Assembly (NCBI GenBank): GCA_026396175.1
Contig: JAPLXG010000013.1
Location: 65,267 to 129,266 of the forward strand
From: Candidatus Moraniibacteriota bacterium
Lineage (GTDB): Bacteria > Patescibacteriota > Minisyncoccia > Moranbacterales > UBA2206
Direction of reading: 5' to 3'
DNA: 64,000 nt
Shown: piece after piece, positions 1-9,192 of the stretch
Layout: every line of letters starts with the position of its first letter
Numbering within the stretch: position 1 is the first letter of the stretch
Program-made: the position numbers and the translations under genes
Notes under the pieces: model-generated
What the model was told of the DNA's origin: nothing
What the model saw: only the letters and a program-made list of their open reading frames with translations
The model's database searches: none

Positions 1-328
1 TTGGAATAAGTCCCAATTGTTCTCGCAATGAGGCATTTTGATTTTTTTCTTCTTGCAGGCTAGCCACCTGCGCCACCAAAGAATTATTTTCCCGAGAAAG
101 TTCCGCGTTATCTTTTTTTATTTCGGAAATAGAGGTCAAGAAAGCAGCCGTCTCTCCGATTTTTTGACTCGCTCCATAGAATACTTTTTGAAAAGGAAGC
201 GCGACAGTCAAAAAAATTCCCCGCACGGGATTCATAATCCCGCTGGGATTAAAAAAAATCAAAAGCGCGCAAATAATCATCGTAACGACTAGCTTGACTA
301 TTTTCGATGTAAAATATTTTTTAGGCAT
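1..328 (-). CDS. mreC: rod shape-determining protein MreC (partial; C-terminal part lies beyond window start)
   Basis: Minus-strand ATG at 326-328, 4 nt after the mreB stop. Translation MPKKYFTSKIVKLVVTMIICALLIFF... has an N-terminal TM helix then a coiled-coil-like segment (AELSRENNSLVAQVASLQEEKN) typical of MreC. Position is immediately downstream of mreB. Not in the ORF track because there is no stop inside the window. Confidence 0.6.
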   Translation of the reverse strand, partial: MPKKYFTSKIVKLVVTMIICALLIFFNPSGIMNPVRGIFLTVALPFQKVFYGASQKIGETAAFLTSISEIKKDNAELSRENNSLVAQVASLQEEKNQNASLREQLGLIP

Positions 329-331
329 AAT

Positions 332-1417
332 TTAATCGAACGATTTTTCGTGCTGATTTTCCACTAAAATATCGCGCAAAGCGTCAATATCCTCCAGCAC
401 AATACCTGTCCCGCGCACGACCGCCGTGAGCGGATCTTCCATCATTCGCACCGGAATTTCCGTGTGATTGGCAATTAGCCGATCAATTCCCCGAATCAGG
501 CCACCGCCGCCAGCCAGGATTATGCCTTTTTGCATAATATCTGAAAGTAGTTCCGGTGGCGTTTCTTCCACGGCTGTTTTGATGTTGTTGATGATAATGC
601 GAATCGAGCGTGACAGCGCTTCGCGCGCTTGATCATCAGTGATGGTCACTTCTTTCGGCAGTCCCGTCACCAAGTCCCGGCCACGCACCTGCATTTGCCT
701 TTTTTCTTTCTGCACGCACGCGCTGCCAATCGCAATTTTCACGTCTTCCGCCGTTTTCTCTCCAATGAGCAGATTAAATTCATCCCGACAATAACGCACA
801 ATATCTTCATTCATTTCATCGCCGGCAATGCGCAAATTGCGTGAAACTACAATTCCGCCCAAAGAAATAACTGCGATATCAGTCGTTCCTCCGCCAATGT
901 CCACTACCATATTACCAGAAGCTTCTTGCACCGGCAGACGCGCGCCAATCGCCGCCGCCATCGGTTCATCGATCAGATAGGCCTCACGCGCACCAGCATT
1001 GAGTGTCGCATCAATCACCGCTCTTTTTTCCACCTCAGTCACGTCCGATGGAATGCCCACAATCACGCGCGGACGGGGAAAGAGCGTAAAACTGCCGCGA
1101 TGCACTTTGTCGATAAAATATTTGAGCATCTGCTGAGTAATTTCAAAATCACTTACCACGCCGTCTACCAGCGGTCGGACTGCCACGATATGTCCGGGAG
1201 TTTTTCCCACCATTTTTTTGGCTTCTTTCCCAATAGCTAAAATTTGTCCGGTTTTTTTATTAAGCGCTACCACGGAAGGCTCGTTAATCACAATTCCCCG
1301 CCCCTTCACATAGACCAAGGTATTTGCTGTTCCCAAATCAATTCCAATATCTTTGGAAAATCCTCCAAAGAGATCACCCGATATTTTTCTCGATAGATTT
1401 TTGAGTTTCTTTAGCAT
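332..1417 (-). CDS. mreB: rod shape-determining protein MreB (actin-like ATPase)
   Basis: 361 aa. Motifs DLGTANTLVYV, VVDIGGGTTDIAV and the phosphate/adenosine motifs of the actin/Hsp70 fold are present, matching MreB along the full length. Confidence 0.95.
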   Translation of the reverse strand: MLKKLKNLSRKISGDLFGGFSKDIGIDLGTANTLVYVKGRGIVINEPSVVALNKKTGQILAIGKEAKKMVGKTPGHIVAVRPLVDGVVSDFEITQQMLKYFIDKVHRGSFTLFPRPRVIVGIPSDVTEVEKRAVIDATLNAGAREAYLIDEPMAAAIGARLPVQEASGNMVVDIGGGTTDIAVISLGGIVVSRNLRIAGDEMNEDIVRYCRDEFNLLIGEKTAEDVKIAIGSACVQKEKRQMQVRGRDLVTGLPKEVTITDDQAREALSRSIRIIINNIKTAVEETPPELLSDIMQKGIILAGGGGLIRGIDRLIANHTEIPVRMMEDPLTAVVRGTGIVLEDIDALRDILVENQHEKSFD

Positions 1418-1439
1418 AAATAATAACAGTTAATCTGAT

Positions 1440-2759
1440 TTAGAAAAGCTTAGCAATATCTTTATACGTCACCGCAAGCATAAGCAGCATAAGTAGCGCA
1501 AAAAAGAAAGTATGAAAAGCCTGCTCCACTTTTGGACTGACCGGCGAGCCTTTTATTGTTTCGATAAGCACAAATAAAATTCTTCCGCCGTCCAGTGCCG
1601 GAATTGGCAAGATATTGATGATGCCCAAATTGATACTAAGAATTGCCGCGAATTGGATGATATACACCAAGCCGAGATTGGCCACTTCTCTGGTGAGAAT
1701 GGCAATTCCCACTGGCCCAGAAACATCCGCTGAAGATCCGTGCCCAGCAAAGAGCATTTTAATGAGACCAAATAGTCCGACAAAAATCATCATTGTCATG
1801 TCCCTTACTGCCAAAAGCCCCTTCCAAATTGCCGCGTACCACGGATATTTAACTAACACTGTTTCCGAAAGCGCGATTCCCAGCGCACCTTGTCCCTGCG
1901 GCGCATCAACTCTCGGTGTGCCCTTCAGCTCCAATTTTTCCTTGCCCCGCAAAATTTCCAAAGTGATTTCTTTTCCTCGGTTAGCATTCACATAATCTTG
2001 CACCTCTTTGACATTTTTTAAATTAATGCTTTCTCCCGCTGGATCTTTTTGCGTCTTGGTAATTTCATCTCCAACTTTGAGCCCCATGAGACCCGCCGGT
2101 GCATCAGCGATTATCCCAGAAATTTGAATCTTGGAGTTGGCATTATTAGTATTTGCATCAGGGCTAATTTCTTCCGGCGCGCCAAGCATAAATGTAACCG
2201 AAAGCAAAATCCACGCGAAAATAAAATTCATCGCCACTCCCGCCGCCAAAATCTTAATCCGCTTCCAAGCGCTTTTGTTGGCAAAGCTATCTTCATCACC
2301 CGCATTTCCGCCATCTTCGCCTTTGATCCGCACAAAACCACCCAAGGGAAACCAATTCAAGGAATAAATCGTTCCGCCGCGAAATTGTTTTTCGTGCGCT
2401 TCTTGCAAATCTTGCCTCTCATTTTCATCATCGCCATCTTTATTGCCCCAAATAATTCTCCATTTTCCCACCGGCACATTTTTTTCCACATTGTGAAATT
2501 TTTCCGTGATGGTTTCTTGGATGATTTCTTCATCGCCAATTTTGATATCAATTTTTTCCCTTTCCACGCTTTCCATCTCGAAAAATTTCTTCTGCTCTTG
2601 ACCACTGATAAATTGGATGCCAACAATTCTTGGTGGAAAACCAAAACCAAATTCCGGCGCCTTCACGCCATTCCGCCGCGCCACCATAAAATGCCCCAAC
2701 TCGTGGACAAAAACGAGGAGCCCTAAAATTATGATGAAAATCAAAATCGCTACGAACAT
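1440..2759 (-). CDS. rseP: RIP site-2 zinc metalloprotease RseP/YaeL family
   Basis: 439 aa. HELGH zinc motif at the N-terminus, an internal PDZ-like segment, and the C-terminal LDGGR motif (PIPALDGGRILF). Confidence 0.9.
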   Translation of the reverse strand: MFVAILIFIIILGLLVFVHELGHFMVARRNGVKAPEFGFGFPPRIVGIQFISGQEQKKFFEMESVEREKIDIKIGDEEIIQETITEKFHNVEKNVPVGKWRIIWGNKDGDDENERQDLQEAHEKQFRGGTIYSLNWFPLGGFVRIKGEDGGNAGDEDSFANKSAWKRIKILAAGVAMNFIFAWILLSVTFMLGAPEEISPDANTNNANSKIQISGIIADAPAGLMGLKVGDEITKTQKDPAGESINLKNVKEVQDYVNANRGKEITLEILRGKEKLELKGTPRVDAPQGQGALGIALSETVLVKYPWYAAIWKGLLAVRDMTMMIFVGLFGLIKMLFAGHGSSADVSGPVGIAILTREVANLGLVYIIQFAAILSINLGIINILPIPALDGGRILFVLIETIKGSPVSPKVEQAFHTFFFALLMLLMLAVTYKDIAKLF

Positions 2760-2981
2760 AGTAGTTTATATTAAAAAATTATTTTATTTTTTGTTTTCAC
2801 CTTCGCAGGTTCAGCTTTCCTCGCCCTTGCAAGTTCGGGTATCTTCGCCCTTGCAGGTTCAGGCGTCCTCGCCTGAACCACATATTCCTGGGAGAGCTTA
2901 CTATTTTTAAATAGCCTTGCCAGAACTAGGTGGTTCAATCGAGACGATTAAACCTGCTTGAAAAGAATATTTTATCTAACC

Positions 2982-3527
2982 TCAAACCTGCATAATCTCC
3001 GCTTCTTTTTTCTTTCTAATCTCTTCAATCATCGCGTTATATTCTTCCACCACTTTTTGCAATTTTTCCTTGCCCTGAAACTTATCATCGTCCCCAATCG
3101 CAAGTGCCTGAATTTCATCCGAAATATCTTCACGCAATTTCCGCACGGCGACGCGCGCACCTTCTGCTTCAAGATTTAGAATCTTCACAAATTCTTTGCG
3201 TCGCTCTTCGGTCAGTGCCGGGATATTGATTCGGATTAATATTCCATCATTCATCGGATTGAGTCCCAAATCAGATTCCTTGATCGCTTTTTCGATGAGC
3301 GCCAAAGTACTTTTGTCCCAAGGAGAAATCACAATCGTGCGCGGTTCCGGGACAGACACGCTCGCCACCTGCTTCAGTGGGGATTTCGCGCCGTAATAAT
3401 CCACCGTCAAGTCGTCCACGAGTGCAGTTGAAGCTCTCCCTGTCCGTACCTTCCCCAAATTATCCTTGAAGTGCGCAATAGTTTTTTCAAAATTAACTTT
3501 GCTTTTTTCAATTAGTTCTTTGTACAT
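2982..3527 (-). CDS. frr: ribosome recycling factor
   Basis: The ORF extends to 3578, but conserved RRF sequence starts at the internal Met (MYKELIEKSK...). Matches include KVRTGRASTALVD, VPEPRTIVISPWD and LTEERRKE. Confidence 0.9.
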   Translation of the reverse strand: MYKELIEKSKVNFEKTIAHFKDNLGKVRTGRASTALVDDLTVDYYGAKSPLKQVASVSVPEPRTIVISPWDKSTLALIEKAIKESDLGLNPMNDGILIRINIPALTEERRKEFVKILNLEAEGARVAVRKLREDISDEIQALAIGDDDKFQGKEKLQKVVEEYNAMIEEIRKKKEAEIMQV

Positions 3528-3544
3528 AGTTTTTAAAAAAATTA

Positions 3545-3770
3545 TCTTAGGACTTATGCGCTTGAATAGATTTGTCATCCTGAGCGGAGTCCGTACTCGG
3601 ACGCAGTCGAAGCCTGCCTGCCGGTAGGCAGGGATCTACCGACTATTATCGCTGGCTTAGTGATACATAGTAAGACCTAGGATTATCACAAGCAGATCCT
3701 TCGACTCCGCTACGCTTCGCTCAGGATGACATGGTTTGGTTATTTTTTTTGCAAATGCGTAAGTCCTAAA
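3545..3770. repeat. MITE-like long hairpin element, family A (copy 1)
   Basis: Terminal inverted repeats ttaggacttatgcg...tgtcatcctgagcg // cgctcaggatgaca...gcgtaagtcctaa. The interior contains the REP palindrome cctgcctgccggtaggcagg. Three more copies sit at 38633, 45219 and 62901. Confidence 0.6.
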
Positions 3771-3783
3771 AAATAAATTATTT

Positions 3784-4860
3784 TTATTTGGCACTAAACC
3801 CAGCATAAATGATGCTTGGATTCAGTGGATTATATTCCAAAATATTTATCGGCTTTGGGACATCAAATTGTGCCGGTGTCCAAGTCTTGCCTTCATCAAT
3901 CGATTTATAGGTTGCTTGCATAGCGCCATACATAATTTCTCGTGAATTTTGCGGATTAATCGCGAGCGCTCCCACTGGCGAGTTTTGCGGATTATTCAAA
4001 GTCAAAATAGATTCCCATTTATCTCCCGCGTCCTTACTGCGAATGATGCCCGTTTTTCCTCCCAGATAGACCCATTTGCCGTTAGTGGGATCTGTTTCCA
4101 AAACACCGAAACCTGATCCAGCTGAAACAGTCACCACAATCTTTGCGGTCAAGCTTTCAAATTTATCCCCGCCATTAGAACTGACAAAAGCTTCGCCATT
4201 TTGCGTCAGCAGATAGACTAAATTGCCGTCTCGCGCATCAACGGCAATTTTCACTACCGGAGATTGCGCCTGAAGCAGACTGCGCCAAGAAATTCCTCCA
4301 TCCGCACTTTTCAGTACTTGATTATCGCTCGTCGCCGCATAGAGTGTCTGTGGATTTTTCTTGTCCACTGTCATTTGCACCACCAATGGTCCATTCGTCG
4401 CCGCGGTATAGATTTCCGTCCAAGAGTCTGTCGCTCCAGCGGCGGAATTTTTGAATATTTTTCCTCGTCCGGCAATGACAGTGCTGGCATAAATTGTTTG
4501 TGAATTATTTGGATCAACCGCCAACCCATAGATCTTGTCTGATTTAAACGTCAAAAATTCCCAACCATCCCCGCCACTGGTCGTCTTCATAATTCCCCCA
4601 CTGCGTAATCCAACATAAGCAATGTTTTGATTATTCGGATCCATCGCCAAACTGAGCGGATTGATGTCCGTCACTGTCGGCTTATTGGTCGCCACACTGG
4701 AATCCTTCCAACTCTTTCCGCCGTCACGGGAAATCCAGATGCTTTTGGAAATAGGATACGTCTGAACTGCTCCTGGAGTGGAAGCCACGGGCGTCAAAGC
4801 ACACCCGGTTAAAGCCAGGGTAAACGTAGCACAAGCTAGGATAACGACACCTTTTTTCAT
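3784..4860 (-). CDS. lipoprotein with BNR/Ycf48-like beta-propeller repeats
   Basis: Probable start MKKGVVILACATFTLALTGC with a lipobox (LTGC). Repeated S-x-D-G-G-x-S/T-W motifs (SRDGGKSW, SADGGISW, SNGGDKFE, SIDEGKTW) are typical of BNR/sialidase-like propellers. Confidence 0.65.
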   Translation of the reverse strand: MKKGVVILACATFTLALTGCALTPVASTPGAVQTYPISKSIWISRDGGKSWKDSSVATNKPTVTDINPLSLAMDPNNQNIAYVGLRSGGIMKTTSGGDGWEFLTFKSDKIYGLAVDPNNSQTIYASTVIAGRGKIFKNSAAGATDSWTEIYTAATNGPLVVQMTVDKKNPQTLYAATSDNQVLKSADGGISWRSLLQAQSPVVKIAVDARDGNLVYLLTQNGEAFVSSNGGDKFESLTAKIVVTVSAGSGFGVLETDPTNGKWVYLGGKTGIIRSKDAGDKWESILTLNNPQNSPVGALAINPQNSREIMYGAMQATYKSIDEGKTWTPAQFDVPKPINILEYNPLNPSIIYAGFSAK

Positions 4861-4917
4861 TTTTCCATTATACAACACAAAACAAAAAAAATCCAATATT
4901 GGATTTTTTTGCTTTTA

Positions 4918-5095
4918 GTGCGCCCACCAGGATTTCCGCCAGTGGGCGGATGACCGTTTGCTTAAAAGTCCGCCGGCTGGCGGATCTACCAGCGAGTTTT
5001 TTATTTGTGCGCCCACCAGGATTTCCGCCAGTGGGCGGATGACCGTTTGCTTAAAAGTCCGCCGGCTGGCGGATCTACCAGCGAGTTTTTTATTT
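4918..5095. repeat. two tandem units of about 89 bp that are degenerate tRNA-Lys copies disrupted by palindromic inserts
   Basis: The units at 4918-5006 and 5007-5095 share tgcgcccaccagga... and ...ccgtttgcttaaaag... with the authentic tRNA-Lys next door. The T-arm and anticodon-arm segments are replaced by the palindromes tccgccagtgggcgga and tccgccggctggcgga. Confidence 0.6.
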
Positions 5096-5096
5096 G

Positions 5097-5170
5097 TGCG
5101 CCCACCAGGATTCGAACCTGGGACCGTTTGCTTAAAAGGCAACTGCTCTACCAGACTGAGCTATAGGCGC
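5097..5170 (-). tRNA. tRNA-Lys (anticodon TTT)
   Basis: The minus-strand sequence gcgcctatagctcagtctggtagagcagttgccttttaagcaaacggtcccaggttcgaatcctggtgggcgca folds as a cloverleaf (7-bp acceptor, D-arm agctcagtctggtagagc, anticodon loop cttttaa, T-arm ccaggttcgaatcctgg). It is close to canonical bacterial tRNA-Lys. There is no encoded CCA. Confidence 0.8.
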
Positions 5171-5183
5171 ATGGTTTAAATTT

Positions 5184-5232
5184 AAGACCGTTTACTTAAT
5201 AGTCCGCCAGCCGGCGAATCTACCAGACTGAA
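5184..5232. repeat. tRNA-Lys-derived fragment with palindromic insert (left direct repeat flanking the GIY-YIG gene)
   Basis: ccgtttacttaatagtccgccagccggcgaatctaccagactgaactaacg is about 85% identical to the right-hand copy at 5519-5580. Confidence 0.5.
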
Positions 5233-5511
5233 CTAACGACATAAATTATTATTTTCTATTAAATTTTTTACAAACATTCTTCCTTGACAGCTTTTTAATT
5301 CCTTTTCTCTTTTCATTGCTTCACCCCTACTTCCAAAACTTTCCTCGTAAATCAACTTCCAGCATCCACTATTCTTACTCGTAAACGATGTCTTCTTATT
5401 TTTTAATACTCCATTATGTCTCAACAACCTATTTTCTAAATCAGCAGTCTGTCCAATATAGATCGCGTCTTTTTCTTTATTGTAAATTACGTAAGCTTTA
5501 AACATACTCAC
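5233..5511 (-). CDS. GIY-YIG nuclease domain protein (small, Slx1/YhbQ-like)
   Basis: 92 aa. The N-terminus AYVIYNKEKDAIYIGQTADLENRLLRH carries the GIY...YIG...R motif, followed by the conserved E (EAMKREKELK). Confidence 0.8.
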   Translation of the reverse strand: MSMFKAYVIYNKEKDAIYIGQTADLENRLLRHNGVLKNKKTSFTSKNSGCWKLIYEESFGSRGEAMKREKELKSCQGRMFVKNLIENNNLCR

Positions 5512-5518
5512 TTCCTAG

Positions 5519-5580
5519 GACCTTTTGCTTAATAGTCCGCCGGCTGGCGGATCTACCAGACTGAGCTATAGGCGCATAAT
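5519..5580. repeat. tRNA-Lys-derived fragment with palindromic insert (right direct repeat flanking the GIY-YIG gene)
   Basis: ccttttgcttaatagtccgccggctggcggatctaccagactgagctataggcgca ends with an exact copy of the 5' end of tRNA-Lys. Confidence 0.5.
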
Positions 5581-5729
5581 TCGATTTTATGACAACTTTG
5601 CCAGTATAAACACTAAAAAACTTTCCGTCAAGGAGTTTTTCGCTTCAGTTATTCGCTGCGCGAACCCCCGCTACGAATGGGGGACATGCGAATTGTTATT
5701 TTTTGAAAAATTATATGCTAAAATCTGCC

Positions 5730-6251
5730 TTATCTGAGAATTCTTTTGTGGATCAGAAACATAAACACCAGCGGAGCCAGCATCCAAAAAAAAGCGAAAT
5801 TGGGCGAAACTAGATAATCATAGGAGCTGGGAGAAACATAGCCTAGGGCGATTTTTTTCGGCATAATAGTTAGCGCCACACTGAGCAGTAGCATCACTTC
5901 CAGAAAACTCATCACAAACACTCGCCAGAGAAAACCTTTGCCGGAACCAGAAAGTTGAATCTCAAACATTTTCTTTCCCAGCACGGTGAGTAAAATTATT
6001 ATGCCAAAAAATAGCATCAAGCTATAGGTATAGTCAGGGAGAATCCCCTTGGGAAAAACGCCCAGGAGCGCGACAGAAACATAGATATTGATAAGCACCG
6101 TGATTAACTTGAAGCGGCCAATCGACATCCCGAACACAAAACTAATGAGCGCGATGGCTAGAAATAGCATCACGTCCTGAGATGTTTTTGAGGAAAGTCC
6201 CAATTGAGAAAAAATCAAACTAAGATTCATTTTGGTTTTATCCCCCACCAC
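5730..6251 (-). CDS. hypothetical polytopic membrane protein
   Basis: 173 aa with four or five hydrophobic helices and no recognisable motif. Confidence 0.45.
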   Translation of the reverse strand: MVGDKTKMNLSLIFSQLGLSSKTSQDVMLFLAIALISFVFGMSIGRFKLITVLINIYVSVALLGVFPKGILPDYTYSLMLFFGIIILLTVLGKKMFEIQLSGSGKGFLWRVFVMSFLEVMLLLSVALTIMPKKIALGYVSPSSYDYLVSPNFAFFWMLAPLVFMFLIHKRILR

Positions 6252-6513
6252 TTTTTTGCTCGCACTTATTAAGTGAACAGGGAATGTTTTGTTAGTTTTT
6301 TTATTAGTTTATCAAAATAATTCTGCAGATAAATAAAACTCCCAAAGCAAAAAAGTGGTAAGGGATGAATTATTTTTATACTCTTATCTTACTCTCTTTT
6401 TATTTTTTTGTCACGAAGAAAAATTACATCAAGAGGCAGGCAAACTCGAACCTGCAAAAGCTTCAAAATTGAGCCCTTCCTGTTCACTGATTCCTGTTCA
6501 TTGTTCACTGTTT

Positions 6514-7629
6514 TTACTCCCCCAACTGGCCCAACTCCTCAAGCAATCTTTTTTGCTCACGGTTTAGACGTTTCGGAATCCGCACAATCACTTTCACGAT
6601 CTGATTGCCACGCGATCCCGAATGCAGATTGGGTACACCCTTGCCTTTGACGCGAAACTGCTCGCCCGACTGCGTCCCGGAAGGAATTTTCAAAGTTAAG
6701 CGACCATCAATCGTTTCAATGATCGTCTCGCCACCCAGCGCCGCGACCGAAAAAGGAATTTCCACTGAACTCAAAATATCCTGTCCATTTCTTTTAAATT
6801 CCTTATGCGCCCGGACATGGACATTAATATATAAATCACCAGGAACTCCACCAACTCCGCCCGCTTCTCCCGCGCCTTGCATCGAAAGCGTCTGCCCATC
6901 AGCAATTCCCGCCGGAATCTCAATGTCTAATTTATTCTCTGCCATCACCCGACCATCCCCTCTGCACTTAGAGCATTTCTTTGAGATAATTTTGCCAACA
7001 CCGTGACAATCCGGACACTCTGCCACTTGCGAAAAACTGCCGAAAAAACTACGACTGATTTTTTGCACGCGCCCCGCTCCACCGCAAGTCGCACAAGTCT
7101 TGAGTTCACTGCCTTTTTCACCGCCAGCACCATCACAACGATCACAAATTGTGCTTTTGCGTAAATTGATTTGTCGCTTTGCGCCACTGACCATTTCAGC
7201 AAAATCTATTTCCACATCCACTTGAATATCTTTTCCGCGCTTGCGGCGAGTTGTACTGCCGCCGCGACCACCACTAAAAATTGAAGAAAAAATATCTTCA
7301 AAGTCTCCTCCATCAAAACCGAAGCCCTGACTCGAAAAGTCCCAGCCCGAGGCGGGTCCGCCTTGGGAGGAAAAGCCACCAAAACCTTGTCCACCGCCCG
7401 CACCTGACCTCCCCGCTTGATCAAATGTCTGACCATATTGGTCATATTGCGAACGTTTAGATTTGTCGGAAAGCACCTGATAGGCCTCGTTAATTTCCTT
7501 GAACTTCGCCTCGTCACCACCAGTCTTATCTGGATGATGCTTGTGCGCCAACTTGCGATAAGCTTTTTTGATCTCATCGTCGCTGGCGCCTTTGGAAACG
7601 CCTAAAATATTATAGTAATCGTTAGACAT
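6514..7629 (-). CDS. dnaJ: chaperone DnaJ
   Basis: J-domain YYNILGV...HPDK. G/F-rich region. Four CxxCxGxG zinc-finger repeats ([32 protein letters not shown]). C-terminal domains present. Confidence 0.95.
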   Translation of the reverse strand: MSNDYYNILGVSKGASDDEIKKAYRKLAHKHHPDKTGGDEAKFKEINEAYQVLSDKSKRSQYDQYGQTFDQAGRSGAGGGQGFGGFSSQGGPASGWDFSSQGFGFDGGDFEDIFSSIFSGGRGGSTTRRKRGKDIQVDVEIDFAEMVSGAKRQINLRKSTICDRCDGAGGEKGSELKTCATCGGAGRVQKISRSFFGSFSQVAECPDCHGVGKIISKKCSKCRGDGRVMAENKLDIEIPAGIADGQTLSMQGAGEAGGVGGVPGDLYINVHVRAHKEFKRNGQDILSSVEIPFSVAALGGETIIETIDGRLTLKIPSGTQSGEQFRVKGKGVPNLHSGSRGNQIVKVIVRIPKRLNREQKRLLEELGQLGE

Positions 7630-7687
7630 AAAAATAGTTTAAATTAGAGAAAAATCACACTCCAAATATTAGCATGAATTAAAAAAA

Positions 7688-7714
7688 TTAGCAATCCCCT
7701 GCGGTGAGTGCTAA
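7688..7714. promoter_or_regulatory. CIRCE-like HrcA operator upstream of dnaJ
   Basis: TTAGCAATC-N9-GAGTGCTAA differs at one position from the consensus TTAGCACTC-N9-GAGTGCTAA. It lies 70-100 nt upstream of the dnaJ start. Confidence 0.7.
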
Positions 7715-7734
7715 TTTGCCTTTTTAGGCCCCCT

Positions 7735-8736
7735 CTATTCAATCACTTCCATTTCCACCGGGACCTTTTTTATCGTCACGATGTTCGTGGAAAGAAAAAT
7801 CCAAAAGATAAGACTGATCAAATGCACCAAAATTCGAAGCAAAAATGCCCCCAGTGAAAGTACGGTTAAAAACAAGATCAGTGCCATCCCAAGAGGAACA
7901 GCCGGGAAACCTTCATTGGCATAATCCGGCGAAGCAAAGCTTTGAATTTTTTGATTCATAATTTCCGTGAGAACAGTGGATACTTTTTCCGTTCCATTCA
8001 GTTTCTGATTAGCCATTTTCCCCATCTGTTCCCTGCCCGCTTCTAGGATTTTTTGTTTTTGCAGCTCTTGCACTTTTTGCAGATTAACCGCAGAAATCGC
8101 CTGATTATCTTGAGCTAAATTAAGCAAATCTGCTTCCCCACTACCAACTTGGCTTTCCTCGTAATTTTGCAAAATCATCTGATCAACCGTCAAATTTTTA
8201 TCATTCAATTTTTGTAAATCGGGATTAATTTTATAGAGAAATTCTTGCGCCAATTTATTATCCACAATCACGCCCGCATCAAAAGCCGGCAGCTTTAAAA
8301 GCCCCACCGCTGCCGCTTCGAAATAGTATTGGCTAGAAATAACGAGCGCCAGTGCGAAGATGAAAGAAACCTTTCCCATCCGCAAAGTTTTTGGCAGATG
8401 CAATTTCACGTTCATTCCCAGGTCACTTCTGATTTGCCGGAAAGAAACATAAACCAGCCCCGAAGCTAAAAGCAAAATCAAAAAATGCCAAACGTTGGGC
8501 GCAAAAATTAGACTCAAAAAAATTCCCAGCCCGATAGAAAGATTGATCAGTATTTTTTCTTTGACCAGAATAAATTTCAAAGAATAGACAACATACAAAA
8601 GGGAAAGCCACAGCATCGGCACGAGCCAAACGCTCGACCCAGAAACAGTAATCGCAGAACTCACTGAAAACCAAGTAAAGAAGGCCGCGATAAGTGAAAG
8701 AAAAAAGAGCGAAAACTTAAGAATATTTTTTTGCAT
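7735..8736 (-). CDS. hypothetical membrane protein
   Basis: 333 aa. N- and C-terminal clusters of TM helices flank a central soluble, Q/N/E-rich segment. No recognisable motif. Confidence 0.45.
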   Translation of the reverse strand: MQKNILKFSLFFLSLIAAFFTWFSVSSAITVSGSSVWLVPMLWLSLLYVVYSLKFILVKEKILINLSIGLGIFLSLIFAPNVWHFLILLLASGLVYVSFRQIRSDLGMNVKLHLPKTLRMGKVSFIFALALVISSQYYFEAAAVGLLKLPAFDAGVIVDNKLAQEFLYKINPDLQKLNDKNLTVDQMILQNYEESQVGSGEADLLNLAQDNQAISAVNLQKVQELQKQKILEAGREQMGKMANQKLNGTEKVSTVLTEIMNQKIQSFASPDYANEGFPAVPLGMALILFLTVLSLGAFLLRILVHLISLIFWIFLSTNIVTIKKVPVEMEVIE

Positions 8737-8877
8737 TTTTTAGTTTTGGAAAGTTATGCTTTTATTTTAGCAAAAATTAGCAAATTAAGAAAGACCTTGC
8801 CAAAAGAAGCCTCCCGTGCTAATAATGATGCAGATAGAAAAATGTATTTTCTAAAAACCATCCTGAAAGGAGGAAGT

Positions 8878-9192
8878 ATGGCGAAGCCAAACATTGAAAA
8901 ATGGTGTGAGAATGTGCTTGGGGGTACTTTTTGCTATAAAACACTCCCCCTGCAGACAGCCATAGGAAACGGAATGGATTTGAACATCTTCAGGGAATAC
9001 CTGACTTGCCTGGAAAGGGGCGAGGATGGAATACGGTGCTCCTCCATATTGATGCAGAAATACAAGTTCAAAACGGTATTTCTGTGGGTTGCTTTCAGAA
9101 ACGGAAGGGACATTGTCAATATACTCCGAAAATATATTGACCTCTTGGAAGCTGAGATGTCTAACAATAGAAAGATGGAGGAACGTTCATGA
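8878..9192 (+). CDS. hypothetical small Cys-containing protein (cassette gene A)
   Basis: 104 aa from the ATG preceded by the SD-like run GGAGGAAGT. The track ORF begins earlier at a TTG. The region is GC-rich compared with its flanks. The stop overlaps the next start (ATGA). Confidence 0.5.
   Translation: MAKPNIEKWCENVLGGTFCYKTLPLQTAIGNGMDLNIFREYLTCLERGEDGIRCSSILMQKYKFKTVFLWVAFRNGRDIVNILRKYIDLLEAEMSNNRKMEERS

Noticed and set aside
38-292. Plus-strand 84-aa ORF at the window start
   Set aside because: The same DNA on the minus strand encodes a convincing MreC N-terminus positioned 4 nt after the mreB stop. The plus-strand peptide is low-complexity, with no RBS.
4915-5737. Track ORFs 4915-5142(-), 4958-5179(+) and 5525-5737(+) containing SPPAGGST peptides
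   Set aside because: They are translations of tRNA-derived repeats and of the palindrome tccgccggctggcgga (PPAGG reads the same on both strands). The same peptide recurs in the track ORFs 15707-16063 and 31123-31833, which is typical of repeat-derived artefacts.
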